NCBI GenBank assembly: GCA_963814585.1
Contig: CAWFDF010000011.1
Span: 32,001 to 96,000 of the forward strand
Direction: 5' to 3'
Source of the DNA: an uncultured delta proteobacterium
Lineage (GTDB): Bacteria > Myxococcota > Myxococcia > Myxococcales > Anaeromyxobacteraceae
Length of the DNA: 64,000 bases
The notes below the pieces were generated by a model. That model made no database searches, had not been told where the DNA came from, and saw only the letters and a program-made list of their open reading frames with translations. The first letter of the stretch is position 1, and every line of letters starts with the position of its first letter. The position numbers were made by a program, and so were the translations under genes. This document shows positions 1 to 15,140 of the stretch, one piece after another.

Positions 1-167
1 CCTGACGGTACGGCGTGGCCGCGGGCCTGTCAACGAGCCGCCGGACGGGAGCTCCACTCCGGCCCGGCGCCGCTCCACGCGCCGTCACCCACACCCATGG
101 TGCGGGTGCTGCGGACCGGCCGCGGTGTCATGGGAACGAGGTACGAGGGCGAGGTGCGTGGGTGTAG

Positions 168-4564
<4,397 letters not shown>

Positions 4565-4788
4565 GCGCGCGGCACCGACCGCAGGGGCCGTCCGTCCGGC
4601 CAGCCCCCCGACCGCGCTTCGAGGTGCGCGGGCGACCGCCAGCGACCGTTCGCGCCCCGCGCCGCCCGTGAAGTTGCGGCCCGCGAGCGGCGCGTGGTAC
4701 GGCTCGCCTCCTGCACGCCGTCCGCGCCTCGCGGCCGGCGCCTCCCACGGCGGGCACCCGGCGGTTCGACTCCGCCGCCCGACGAGCC

Positions 4789-7494
4789 ATGACCGACGCC
4801 TCCCGGCGCGCCGCGCCGCCCCCCACCGCCACGCTCGACGACCTCATCCTCCTCGCCGAGAAGCCGACCCGGTACGTCGGCTGCGAGTTCGGCGCCGTGA
4901 AGAAGGACCTGGCCGCGGCGCGGGTCCGCTTCGCGCTGGGCTTCCCGGACACCTACGAGGTCGGCATGTCCAACCTCGGGTTCCGGCTCCTCTACCACCT
5001 GCTCAACGACCAGGCCGGCATCGCCTGCGAGCGGGTCTTCCTGCCCTGGCCGGACCTCGAGGCCCTGCTGCGCGGGCGAGGCCTGCCGCTCTTCACGCTC
5101 GAGTCGCGCGCCCCGGTCCGTGACTTCGACGTGCTCGGCCTCACCCTGCAGTTCGAGCTCTGCTACACCAGCGCGCTGGCGGTGCTCGACCTCTCCGGGA
5201 TCCCGCTGCTGGCCGCCGGTCGCGGCGACCAGGACCCCATCGTCCTCGGCGGCGGCCCCTGCGCCTACAACCCCGAGCCCATCGCCGACTTCTTCGACGC
5301 CTTCGCCGTGGGCGAGGGCGAGGAGGTGGCGGTGGAGATCGCCGAGGCCATCGCCGACTCCGGCTTCCGCCGCGGCGGCGCCACCCGGGCCCAGCTGCTG
5401 GAGCGGCTGGCCGGCATCCCCGGCGTCTACGTGCCGAGCTTCTTCGCGCCGCGCTACCACGCCGGATCGCGGGCCCTGGCCGGCATCGACGCGCTGCGCC
5501 CCGGGTACGAGCGCGTCGAGCGGCGGGTCATGCCCGACCTCGACACGCTCCCGACCAGCGCCTACACCAACCCCATGGTGCCGTTCATGGCGACGGTGCA
5601 CGATCGGCTCCCGGTCGAGCTGCAGCGGGGCTGCACGCGCGGCTGCCGCTTCTGCCAGGTGGGGATGATCACCCGGCCCACCCGCCAGCGCAGCCCGGCC
5701 AGGGTGCTGGAGCTGGCCGAGACCGGCCTGCGCGCCTCGGGCTACGAGGAGGTGGGGCTGCTCTCGCTCTCCTCCGGCGACTACGCCTGCCTCGACCCGC
5801 TGCTCGACGACTTCATCGGCCGCTACGAGGGCGAGAAGATCGCCATGTCGCTGCCGTCGCTGCGCACCGAGACCATGTCGGACTCGCTGGCCGAGAAGAT
5901 TGGCCGCATCCGCAAGACCGGCTTCACGCTGGCGCCCGAGGCGGCCACCGAGCGGATGCGCGCCGTCATCAACAAGGGGAACCACGAGGCGGACCTGCTC
6001 CAGGCGGTCGAGTCGATCTTCAAGAACGGCTGGTCGCTGCTCAAGCTCTACTTCATGATCGGCCTGCCCGAGGAGCGCGACGAGGACGTGGTGGCGATCG
6101 CCGCGCTGGCCCAGAAGTGCCTGGCGGCGGCCCGTCGCGTGCTGCCCAAGGGGCAGGGCTCGGCCGCCATCCACCTCGGCGCCTCGACCTTCGTGCCCAA
6201 GCCCTTCACGCCCTTCCAGTGGGAGCCCATGATCCGGCCGGAGGAGACCCGGCGCCGGCAGGCGCTGGTCACGGCGGCGCTGGGCGGGCGCGGCGGCGCC
6301 ATCCAGTTCAAGCCGCACGACTCGCGCCAGTCCTCCATCGAGGGGGCGCTGGCGCTCGGCGATCGGCGCGTCGGCACCGCGGTGCTCCACGCCTTCCGGG
6401 CCGGGCAGCGGCTCGACGGCTGGACCGAGTGGTTCGACGAGGGGCGCTGGCTGGCCGCCTTCGCCGAGTGCGAGCGGATCCACGGCGTCGGCATCGACTT
6501 CTTCGCCCACCGGCGGCGGCCGTTCGACGAGGTGCTGCCCTGGGACCGGATCGACTGCGGCGTCACCAAGGCCTACCTGCAGGAGCAGATGGAGGCGGCG
6601 CGGTCGCTGACCGAGGTGCCCGATTGCGTGCTGGCCCCGTGCACCGCCTGCGGCGCCTGCGACTTCAAGGTGGTGAAGAACCGGGTCTACGAGCCGAAGG
6701 ACTACGTCAAGGCGCCCGCCCTTCCGCCACGCCCGCCGGAGTCGCCGCTCCGGAGCCACGTCCGCATCCGCTACGCCAAGCTCGGGCGGCTGGTGGCGCT
6801 CTCCCACCTCGAGACCATGCACTCGCTGCTGCGGGCCTTCCGCCGGGCCGGGCTGCACATGGCCTACTCGCAGGGCTACCACCCGAAGCCGAAGATCTCC
6901 TTCGGGCCCGCCCTCTCGGTCGGCATCGAGAGCCGGGCCGAGCTGCTCGACCTGGAGCTGGTCGGGGAGGCCGACGAGGCCGATATCGCCCGGCGGGTGA
7001 CGACGGCGCTGCCGGAGGGGCTGAAGCTCCTCTCGGTCGAGCTGCTCCAGCCGGGTGAGCCATCGATCGGCGAGGCGCTCCGGGCCGTCCACTATGTCGC
7101 TGAATTCACTGATGTTTCATGGACCAGTGAACGACTCCGGGACAGGGTCGAGGCCTTCCTGGCGGCCGACTCGGCGGTGATCCAGCGGGTCAAGCCACCC
7201 AAGAACAAGGACCGGCGGCGCCACCAGCGGGTTGCAGGGACCGGGCAAAGAGAGATAAACCTCAAGGAAATCGTGACTCACCTCGGCGTCGAAGGGCCGA
7301 GCCGGGTCGCGTTCAGCTTGCGGGCGGATCCCTCGGGGAGCGCGCGTCCAGCCGAGGTGCTGGCGGCGGTCTTCGGCGAAGCAGGAAGGCCGCCCACGGG
7401 AGTACGACTTCTGAAGGAGGGCGTGAGCCTGGCGAAGACCGAGCGGACCGGACCCACGGGCCAGCCGCGCGCTCCTCGCTACCTCGACGCCTGA
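4789..7494 (+). CDS. TIGR03960-type radical SAM protein fused to a TIGR03936/DUF2344-type C-terminal domain
   Basis: FPDTYEVGMSNLG, CTRGCRFC (CxxxCxxC), TLAPEAAT, C-terminal CxxCGxC, then the linked domain SHLE…AYSQGYHPKPKISF. Confidence 0.88.
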   Translation: MTDASRRAAPPPTATLDDLILLAEKPTRYVGCEFGAVKKDLAAARVRFALGFPDTYEVGMSNLGFRLLYHLLNDQAGIACERVFLPWPDLEALLRGRGLPLFTLESRAPVRDFDVLGLTLQFELCYTSALAVLDLSGIPLLAAGRGDQDPIVLGGGPCAYNPEPIADFFDAFAVGEGEEVAVEIAEAIADSGFRRGGATRAQLLERLAGIPGVYVPSFFAPRYHAGSRALAGIDALRPGYERVERRVMPDLDTLPTSAYTNPMVPFMATVHDRLPVELQRGCTRGCRFCQVGMITRPTRQRSPARVLELAETGLRASGYEEVGLLSLSSGDYACLDPLLDDFIGRYEGEKIAMSLPSLRTETMSDSLAEKIGRIRKTGFTLAPEAATERMRAVINKGNHEADLLQAVESIFKNGWSLLKLYFMIGLPEERDEDVVAIAALAQKCLAAARRVLPKGQGSAAIHLGASTFVPKPFTPFQWEPMIRPEETRRRQALVTAALGGRGGAIQFKPHDSRQSSIEGALALGDRRVGTAVLHAFRAGQRLDGWTEWFDEGRWLAAFAECERIHGVGIDFFAHRRRPFDEVLPWDRIDCGVTKAYLQEQMEAARSLTEVPDCVLAPCTACGACDFKVVKNRVYEPKDYVKAPALPPRPPESPLRSHVRIRYAKLGRLVALSHLETMHSLLRAFRRAGLHMAYSQGYHPKPKISFGPALSVGIESRAELLDLELVGEADEADIARRVTTALPEGLKLLSVELLQPGEPSIGEALRAVHYVAEFTDVSWTSERLRDRVEAFLAADSAVIQRVKPPKNKDRRRHQRVAGTGQREINLKEIVTHLGVEGPSRVAFSLRADPSGSARPAEVLAAVFGEAGRPPTGVRLLKEGVSLAKTERTGPTGQPRAPRYLDA

Positions 7495-7701
7495 AGGTTT
7501 CGAGCTTCTCAACGATTCATGCCCCGGGACCGGGCCGCGGAACGCGCGGCCGCCCGGCGCGAAGGGTGGCGGATTCGTGAGCTTCTGCTCCGAACAAGAT
7601 CCGAAGGCTCCGGCGCCGCCGGGGACGCTTCGATCGCGGTTGGCCGATCCGGCCGACCTCGCTCCACTCGCGCCACCGGCCCGGGCTCACAGGGGTCCGC
7701 C

Positions 7702-10254
7702 ATGGCCGAGAACAAGAGCAGCCTCGTAATCAACGCCGCAGGCGCGGAGACCCGCGTCGCGCTGATCGAGAACGGGACGATCCACGAGTACTACCTCGAG
7801 CGAAAGCGCGAGAAGGGGATCGTCGGCAACATCTACAAGGGGCGCGTGGTCCGGGTCCTCCCGGGCATGCAGGCCGCCTTCGTCGACATCGGGCTGGAGA
7901 AGGCCGCCTTCCTCTACGTCGGCGACGTCTACGGCGATCCCGACTTCTCCGAGGAGTTCGAGCTGACCGAGGGCGAGCACCCCGTCGGCGCGCCGGAGGT
8001 CCCGACCGAGGAGGAGGCGGAGCAGCAGGAGCTGCGGGCCCAGGCCGAGGCCAGCGCGCCGCCCGCCGAGGGTGCGCTGCCCGAGGGCATGCCGGCCGGC
8101 GAAGGGGTCGCGCCCGCCGACGGAGCCGATGGGGCCACGTCCGAGCCCGTCGAGCCGCTGGCCTCGATGGAGCCGGGGGACGAGGCTCCGGCCGGCGAGG
8201 CGTTGCCGGCCCGGGAGGAGGCGCCAGCGAGCGAGCGGGCCGAGGCCGCCGAGCCCCTGGCAGGGGTCGAGCCCCTGGTCGAGGCCGCGCCGGAGGCCGG
8301 GGTCGCGCGGGCCGAGGCGAGCACCACCGAGCTGCCGCCGCCGCTGCCGCCGCTCCTTCCGGCCGCGCCCCGGGAGCCGCTGCCACCGCTCTCGGCGGAC
8401 GAGCTGGCCCTGATCGGGATCCCGACGCAGCCGCCCGAGGCGGCCGCCGTGACGGGCGAGGCCGGTGGCGTGGATGCCGCCGGCGTCGGGCCGGAGGCCG
8501 CCGCCGCCGGGACGTCCGCGCCGCAGGGCGAGGCGCCCGCCGCCGGCCAGATCGCGGCGCCGGCTCGCGAGGCGGCGCGAGAGGCTCGCGAGCCGAGGGG
8601 CGATCGCGAGGGGAAGGGCGAGCGCAAGGGACGTGACCGGGAGCGGAACGGCAAGGACCGAGGCCGCGGCGGGCATGGCCACGGCGGCCACCGCGAAGAG
8701 CGCAAGCCCAAGGAGATGAAGAACATCCAGGACCTGCTCAAGGAGGGGCAGGAGGTGATCGTCCAGGTCGCCAAGGACCCCATCGGCACCAAGGGCGCCC
8801 GCATCACCAGCCACATCTCGCTGCCGGGCCGGCACCTGGTCTTCATGCCGACGGTGGACCACATCGGGATCTCGCGCCGCATCGAGCGCGACGGCGAGCG
8901 GCGTCGCCTGCGCGAGATCGTCGACCGGATGCGCCCGGAGGGGACCGGCTTCATCGTCCGGACCGTGGCCGACGGCGTGGACGCCGAGAAGCTCGAGGCC
9001 GACATCCGCTTCCTCATCCAGGTCTGGAACGAGATCATCCGGACCAAGGACAAGGTGGGCGCCCCGGCGCTGCTGCACGGCGACCTCGACCTGATCCTGC
9101 GCGCCACCCGCGACCTCTTCACCTCCGAGGTCGGCAAGATGGTGATCGACGACCGCGACGAGTACGAGCGGATCCTGCGCTTCGTGCACGAGCAGGCGCC
9201 GCACCTCGAGTCGCAGATCGAGCTCTACACCGGCGAGGAGCCGGTGCTCGACGCCTACGGGATCGAGCAGGAGCTGAAGCGGGCCGGGCAGCGCAAGGTC
9301 TGGCTGAAGAGCGGCGGCTACATCATCATCGATCAGGCCGAGGCGCTCACCGCGGTGGACGTCAACTCGGGGCGCTACGTCGGCAAGAAGAGCCTCGAGG
9401 AGACCATCACCAAGATCAACGTCGAGGCGGCCAAGGAGATCGTCTACCAGCTCCGGCTGCGGAACATCGGCGGCATCATCATCATCGACTTCATCGACAT
9501 GGACAAGGCCCAGAACCGCGACAAGGTCTTCAAGTCCTTGCAGGAGGCGCTGGGGCGGGACAAGGCCAAGACCAACGTCCTCAAGATCTCCGAGCTGGGG
9601 CTGGTGGAGATGACCCGCAAGCGCGTCCGCGAGTCGACCACGCGGATGATGAACGAGCCGTGCAGCTACTGCGACGGCAAGGGGCACCTCAAGTCCAAGA
9701 TCACGGTGGCCTACGAGGTCTTCCGCGAGATCCGGCGCGAGTCGGCCCACTTCCAGGATCCGGTGCTGGTGGTCAACTGTCACCCCGAGGTGGCCAACAT
9801 CCTCCAGGGCGCGGAGCGCGACGAGCTGCGCTACCTGATGGACCGCTGCAACAAGACCATCCAGGTGAAGGCGCAGGGCAGCTACCACCAGGAGCAGTTC
9901 GACATCTACGGCCGCCACGAGCGGATCGAGCAGGGGCGCGACGGCGTGGGGAGCCCGGCGGGCGGCGGCGGGTCCGGAGCCAGCGGCGGTGGTGGCGGCG
10001 GCGAGCGGCACGACCGCGGTGGCGAGCGGCACGACCGCGGCGGTGAGCGGGGTGGCGACCGCGGCGGTGAGCGCGGCGGTCGCGATCGTGGTGGGCGTGG
10101 CCGGAATCGCGGTGGCCGTGGCGGGGGCGGAGGAGCTGGCGGCGGCGGTGGTGGTCGCGCAGAGAACCGCGCCGACCGGGGAAGCGAGAAGAGCGCCGAG
10201 AAGAGCGGCGAGGCCGCGCCCGCGCCGGCGACGGAAGGTGGCGAGAAGCCCTAG
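7702..10254 (+). CDS. Rne/Rng family ribonuclease with a long acidic insertion in S1 and an RGG-rich tail
   Basis: GNIYKGRV…PGMQAAFVDIG, AVDVNSG, RNIGGIIIIDFIDM, CSYCDGKG Zn link. Confidence 0.93.
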   Translation: MAENKSSLVINAAGAETRVALIENGTIHEYYLERKREKGIVGNIYKGRVVRVLPGMQAAFVDIGLEKAAFLYVGDVYGDPDFSEEFELTEGEHPVGAPEVPTEEEAEQQELRAQAEASAPPAEGALPEGMPAGEGVAPADGADGATSEPVEPLASMEPGDEAPAGEALPAREEAPASERAEAAEPLAGVEPLVEAAPEAGVARAEASTTELPPPLPPLLPAAPREPLPPLSADELALIGIPTQPPEAAAVTGEAGGVDAAGVGPEAAAAGTSAPQGEAPAAGQIAAPAREAAREAREPRGDREGKGERKGRDRERNGKDRGRGGHGHGGHREERKPKEMKNIQDLLKEGQEVIVQVAKDPIGTKGARITSHISLPGRHLVFMPTVDHIGISRRIERDGERRRLREIVDRMRPEGTGFIVRTVADGVDAEKLEADIRFLIQVWNEIIRTKDKVGAPALLHGDLDLILRATRDLFTSEVGKMVIDDRDEYERILRFVHEQAPHLESQIELYTGEEPVLDAYGIEQELKRAGQRKVWLKSGGYIIIDQAEALTAVDVNSGRYVGKKSLEETITKINVEAAKEIVYQLRLRNIGGIIIIDFIDMDKAQNRDKVFKSLQEALGRDKAKTNVLKISELGLVEMTRKRVRESTTRMMNEPCSYCDGKGHLKSKITVAYEVFREIRRESAHFQDPVLVVNCHPEVANILQGAERDELRYLMDRCNKTIQVKAQGSYHQEQFDIYGRHERIEQGRDGVGSPAGGGGSGASGGGGGGERHDRGGERHDRGGERGGDRGGERGGRDRGGRGRNRGGRGGGGGAGGGGGGRAENRADRGSEKSAEKSGEAAPAPATEGGEKP
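10000..10041 (+). repeat. In-frame 21-bp tandem repeat x2 (GGERHDR) in the RNase tail
   Basis: ggcgagcggcacgaccgcggt followed by ggcgagcggcacgaccgcggc. Confidence 0.85.
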
Positions 10255-10433
10255 TGCCGCGCCCCAGGCAAGATGCCTGCTGCGAGAGCCGATCCTCTCG
10301 CTGCGGCAGGCGGCCTCGTCGGTCCGCTGCTCAGCGTAGCGCTGCTACGCTTCCGCTGCTCCCTCCTCGGGCGCCAGCCTCGCTTCGGTCTCGGCTCTCT
10401 CGTCACGTCATCTTGCCTGGGGCGCGGCACTAG
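10251..10433. mobile_element. REPIN/MITE-like non-autonomous element, 183 bp, with perfect 25-bp terminal inverted repeats
   Basis: ctagtgccgcgccccaggcaagatg (10251-10275) and its exact reverse complement (10409-10433); internal hairpins; no ORF of note. Confidence 0.8.
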
Positions 10434-10595
10434 GCAGGCGAGCCATGGCGGAAGGGTCCGGGCAGCGTGCCGGGAGGGCCCAGCCGGCGCCCACGCGTTA
10501 TGCCCGTGGAACCCTTGCTGATTTCGGGATGTTCGGCTAGTCTCGCTCCACCCCAAAGCGGTCTGAAGGAGCTGGATCGCCAACGCGGAGCGCCG

Positions 10596-10922
10596 ATGCT
10601 GAAGTCGGATCTCATCAACATCCTCGTCGTGAAGCGCGGTGTGACCCAGAAGCAGGCGGAGTCCACCATCGAGACCATCTTCGACTCGATGAAGGACGCC
10701 CTCTGTCGCGGCGAGAACATCGAAATCCGCGGACTTGGCGCCTTCCACGTGAAGCACTACGAGGGCTACCAGGGCCGCAACCCGAAGACCGGCGAGGTCA
10801 TCCCGGTCAAGCCGAAGCGCGGCATCCTCTTCAGGACCGGCAAGGAGCTGCGCGACCGGGTCAACCTGGGCGAGGAGCCGGGCGGAGGATCCACGCCCCC
10901 GGCAGGCCCGGCTAGCGCCTAG
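10596..10922 (+). CDS. HU/IHF family DNA-binding protein
   Basis: MLKSDLI…IEIRGLGAF…GRNPKTGE…FRTGKELRDRVN. Confidence 0.93.
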   Translation: MLKSDLINILVVKRGVTQKQAESTIETIFDSMKDALCRGENIEIRGLGAFHVKHYEGYQGRNPKTGEVIPVKPKRGILFRTGKELRDRVNLGEEPGGGSTPPAGPASA

Positions 10923-10975
10923 CCCCCGTCCCGACCGGCCAGTCGCCTCCGAAGCGCCCGTGGACCGGGCGCTTT

Positions 10976-13058
10976 TCAAGCCGCCAGCTCGAGTCGCCCG
11001 ACCGGGCGGATCGGCTGATCCGCCGGCAGCTCGTCGTAGGCGAGCACCTGGAGCCTCGGCCAGCGCGGCGCCACCAGCAGCCGGACCGCGCGCCGCACGT
11101 CGCCGCTCGCCAGCAGGACCGGGCCGTCACCCGCCTCCCCCAGGGCCCGCTCCAGCGCCTCGAGCAGGCGAGCCGCCCGCGCCGGCTCGAGCGCAGGCCA
11201 CTCGCCCAGCATCGACTCCCGGACCGCCTGCTCGGCCCCAGGATCGAGGAGGAGCGCGGGGAGGGCGTGGCCGCCGCCGGCCCGGTGACCGATCTGGCGG
11301 CGGAGCGCCCGCCGTGCCGCCGCCGCGAGCACCGCGGCACCCCGGGCGCCGCCGCCTCCCTCCAGCAGCGACTCCAGGATGCTCCGGAGCGGCCGGATCG
11401 ACACGCCCTCCTCCAGCAGGCGGCGCAGGACCTCGGCCAGGAGCGCCGGCGCCACCTGCCGCGACACCTCGCGCACCAGGGCGGGGGCCTGCGACTCGAG
11501 TCCGTCGAGCAGCGCCTGGGCCTCCTGGACGCCCACCAGCAGGCCGGCGTTCCGCTCCAGCTCGGCGGCGCAGGCGGCGGCGATCCGCTCCAGGGGGCCG
11601 AGCAGCGGTCCGAGCGCCCGCGCCCGCGCCGCCTCCTGCTCCGACACCACGGCCGCCCTCCTCCCGCTGGCCGGCTCGAGCTCGGGCCGCATGGCGATCC
11701 CCGCCAGCGCCAGATCGTCGAGGGGAGCGAGCGAGAGCCGCTCGTCGAGCGAGACCTGGCCGCGCGCCGACGGGACGTCGTGGATCAGCAGGACCCACTG
11801 GCCGGGCTCCAGCGGGGCCTCGCGGATCAGGAGCGTCGGCGCCACGACGCCCAGCTCGCGCCAGAGCCGCTGGCGCAGCGCCGTGACCAGCTCGTGCACG
11901 AAGTCGTCCCGGCCGGCGCGGGCCAGGGCCAGGAGGTCGCCAGCCAGCTCCAGCACCACGGCGCCGGTCTCGTCACCGGGGATCGAGCCAACCCCGCCCG
12001 CGGCCTCACCGGCCACGCCGCGACCCGGCGCGCCCGGGACACCGTGGACGGGCAGCCTCCCCGGGAGGCGGCGCAGCCCGCGCCAGCACAGGGCACCGGC
12101 CACGACGGCGAGGACCAGGAACGGCGGGGCCGGAAGGCCGGGCGTCAGGGCGATGCCGCCGAGCAGCAGCGCCACCACCGCCAGCGCCCGGGGATCGCCG
12201 AGGAGCTGCCGTCCCACCTCGCTGCCGAGCCGCTCGGCGTCCTCCGCAGAGGCCACCCGCGTCACGGCCACGCCGGCGGCCACCGCCACCAGCAGCGCCG
12301 GCAGCTGCGCGGTGAGACCGTCGCCGACCGCCAGCAACACGGCTCGCTCCGCCGCCACGCCGAGGGGCCGGCCACGCAGCGTGAGCGCGACCAGTCCGCC
12401 CACGGCATTGACCAGCACGATGGCCACGCCGGCGATGGCGTCCCCCTTCACGAACTTGAGGGCGCCGTCCATGGCGCCGTAGAGCTGGCTCTCCCGCTCC
12501 AGGGCCCGGCGCCGCCGCGAGGCGCCCGCGCCGTCGATCAGCCCGGCCCGCAGGTCGGCGTCGATGGCCATCTGCTTGCCGGGGAGGGCGTCGAGCGTGA
12601 AGCGCGCCGCCACCTCCGCCACGCGCTCCGCGCCCTTGGCCACCACCAGGAGCTGGACCAGCGTGAGGATGGCGAAGACCACCGCACCGGCCACCGGGCT
12701 CCCCTGGACCACGACCCGGCCGAAGGCCTCGATGACCCGTCCTGCCTCACCCCGGGTCAGGACGAGCCGGGTCGACGAGACCGAGAGGGCCAGCCGCAGC
12801 AGGGTGGTGAGCAGCAGGATCGACGGGAAGCTCGCGAAGGCCAGCGCATCGCGGGACAGCAGCGTGACCACCAGCACCGTGGCGGCCAGCGCCAGCGAGA
12901 GCGCCAGGCCGGCGTCGAGCAGGGCGGGCGGGACTGGCGCCACCAGCATCACCACCAGGGCGACGACCGCCAGCGCGAAGCCGGCATCGCCGGTGCCGCG
13001 AAGCGCCGGCGTCGCCTGAACCGCGGAGGCGGTCGAGGAGGGGGCGGATCCAGCTCAA
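10976..13058 (-). CDS. sctV: Type III export apparatus SctV/FlhA (FHIPEP) family protein; start uncertain (TTG 13058 with a +1 frameshift, or GTG about 12955)
   Basis: FPSILLLTTLLRLAL, KGAERVAEVAARFTLDALPGKQMAIDADL, YGAMDGALKFVKGDAIA, LRRLLEEGVSIR. Confidence 0.9.
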
Positions 13059-14090
13059 GCGGAACCCGGGGCATGGAGGCCGTGAAGGTGGGCGAGCACC
13101 GCGGCGGCGGCGTCGTAGAGCTCCTCGGGGATCTCGTCGCCCACCTCGGCGAGGCGGTGGAGCGCGCGCGCCAGCGGTGGGTCGCGGACGACGGGCACCC
13201 CGGCGCGGCGGGCCTGCGAGCGGAGCCGCGCCGCGGCGCGCCCGGTGCCCTTCGCCAGCACGCGGGGGGCCTCACCCGAGCCGCGCACATGGTGAAGCGC
13301 CACGGCCACGTGGGTCGGGTTGACCACCAGGCAGGTGGCGCGGGCCAGCGGGGCCGCCTCGGCGAGGGCGCGATGGACGCGTCGCCGCTCCGCCTTGTGG
13401 CGCGGGTCGCCCTCGTCGTCCCTCGCCTCGCGGCGGACCTCGTGGCGCGACATGCGCAGCCGCCGCTGGTGGCGCCAGCGGACCAGCAGCCAGTCGGCGC
13501 CTCCGAGCAGCAGGAGCACGCCGGCCAGCCGCCATGCCAGCGGCCAGAGCAAGGCGGCCAGCGCCGGGCCGGGCGCCTCGGCCCGCGGCAGCCGGGCCAG
13601 CGCCGCGGCGGTGGCGCGCCAGCCGTGCAGCGCGGCGGCGATCACCAGCGTCGCCTTGAGCAGGCCGAGCCCGAGGGAGGCGAGCCTCGCCATGGAGAGG
13701 AGCCGGGCCAGGCCACGGACCGGATCGACCCGCTCCAGCCTCGGCGCCAGCGGCGCGAGGCTGCAGAGCCCGCCGGACTGCAGGGCGCCCGCGGCGAGGG
13801 CGGCGGCCAGGGCGGCCAGTCGCCGGGGGAGCGGCGAGGCGCAGCATCGCCAGCGCCGCGGAGAGGAGCGCGCCTCCCGGAGGCCGCTCCGCCCCGGCCG
13901 CGGCCAGCAGGCCGCCGCGGACCTCGCCGGCCAGGGCGCCGAACCACCACGGCCCGCAGGCGGCGAGGGCGGCGAGGCCGGCCAGCAGCGAGACCGCGCC
14001 GCTCAGCTCGCGCGAGATCGCCACCTCGCCGAGCCGCCTGGCCTCGGCCAGTCGCTTCGGCGTGGCCGGCTCGGTCCGGTCGCCGCTCAC
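13055..14090 (-). CDS. sctU: SctU/FlhB export switch protein; +1 frameshift near 13820
   Basis: N-terminal DRTEPATPKRLAEARRLGEV, MSRHEVRREARDDEGDP, NPTH autocleavage motif, PLARALH…EIPEELY. Confidence 0.88.
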
Positions 14091-14877
14091 GGGGACCCTC
14101 CGGGCGCGCCACGCCGGGGAGCCAGCGCCGGGAGCTCCCCGGCCAGCGCCACCAGCGGCCACCAGCCGCCCGGCGCCCGCCGAGGCGGCCAGCGCCATGG
14201 CCAGCAGCCCGAGCGAGGCGCGCGCCGGCTGGGTCAGCTCGGGGAGCTGGAGACCGGGGGCGACGCGCAGCACGGCCGCCACCGCCAGCTCGGCGGCGAG
14301 GACGCCGGCCACCGCCGGGGCCGCCACCGCCACCGCGGCGGTGAGCGCCATCGACGAGGCGCGCAGCGCCAGCTCGGCCACGGGCGCGGCGGCGAAGGGC
14401 GCACCGGCGGGGAGGGCCGCGAAGGAGGACAGCAGGCCGCGCACCACGAGCCGGAGCCCGCCGCCCAGCGCTGCCAGCACGACCAGCTGCTGCACCAGCA
14501 GGTCGCCCAGCGCCGTCTCCCGCTGCCGCAGGGGCGCCACGTGCAGCTCCGCCAGCGTGGCCCCGCGCGCCGGTGTCGGCCAGGCGACCCGCGGCGCGGG
14601 CCGCCTCGAGCGGGGCGGCCACCACCACCGCCAGCCCGGCGCCGAGCGCCAGCTCGCGCCAGGCCAGCGCGGCCAGCGCCATCCCCTCCGCCGCGATCGG
14701 CCGCGCCCCGCCCAGGAGCCAGGCTGCCGTCCCCAGGCCGGCCGCCAGCAGCAGCCGCAGCGGCGCCGGCGCCAGCGGCCCACCGAGGAAGGGCGAGAGG
14801 ACCGCCACGGGCACGAGCCGGAGCGCGTGGAGCAGCGGCGCGGCCAGCGCCTCGGGGGCGAGCGCGGGGCCGATCAC
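14087..14877 (-). CDS. sctT: SctT/FliR export protein; two +1 frameshifts (about 14570 and about 14160)
   Basis: Multi-TM protein assembled across three frames (LRLVPVAVLSPFLGG…, ELALG…AGRLAD…RG, AAPAVAGVLAAELAVAAVLRVAPGLQ); lies between sctS and sctU. Confidence 0.8.
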
Positions 14878-15140
14878 GGCATGCCCCCGGCCGCCAGCGC
14901 CAGCACCTCGGCGGCGAACCTCGCCAGCCGCGCGCCGATCCACGGGCCGGCCACGATGAGGGCACCGGTCACCGCGGCGATGCGCGGGACGGCGCCGAGG
15001 GCGTGCTCCTGGAGCTGGGTGGCCGCCTGGAGGAGCCCGGTGACCAGCCCGACCAGCAGCGCGGCGAGGAGCGGCGGCGCCGAGAGCAGGAGCGCCAGCA
15101 GCAGCGCCTCCCGGCCGAGGTGGAGGACGGTGGCCGTCAT
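14874..15140 (-). CDS. sctS: SctS/FliQ export protein
   Basis: 88 aa; LLVGLVTGLLQAATQLQEHAL signature. Confidence 0.9.
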   Translation of the reverse strand: MTATVLHLGREALLLALLLSAPPLLAALLVGLVTGLLQAATQLQEHALGAVPRIAAVTGALIVAGPWIGARLARFAAEVLALAAGGMP

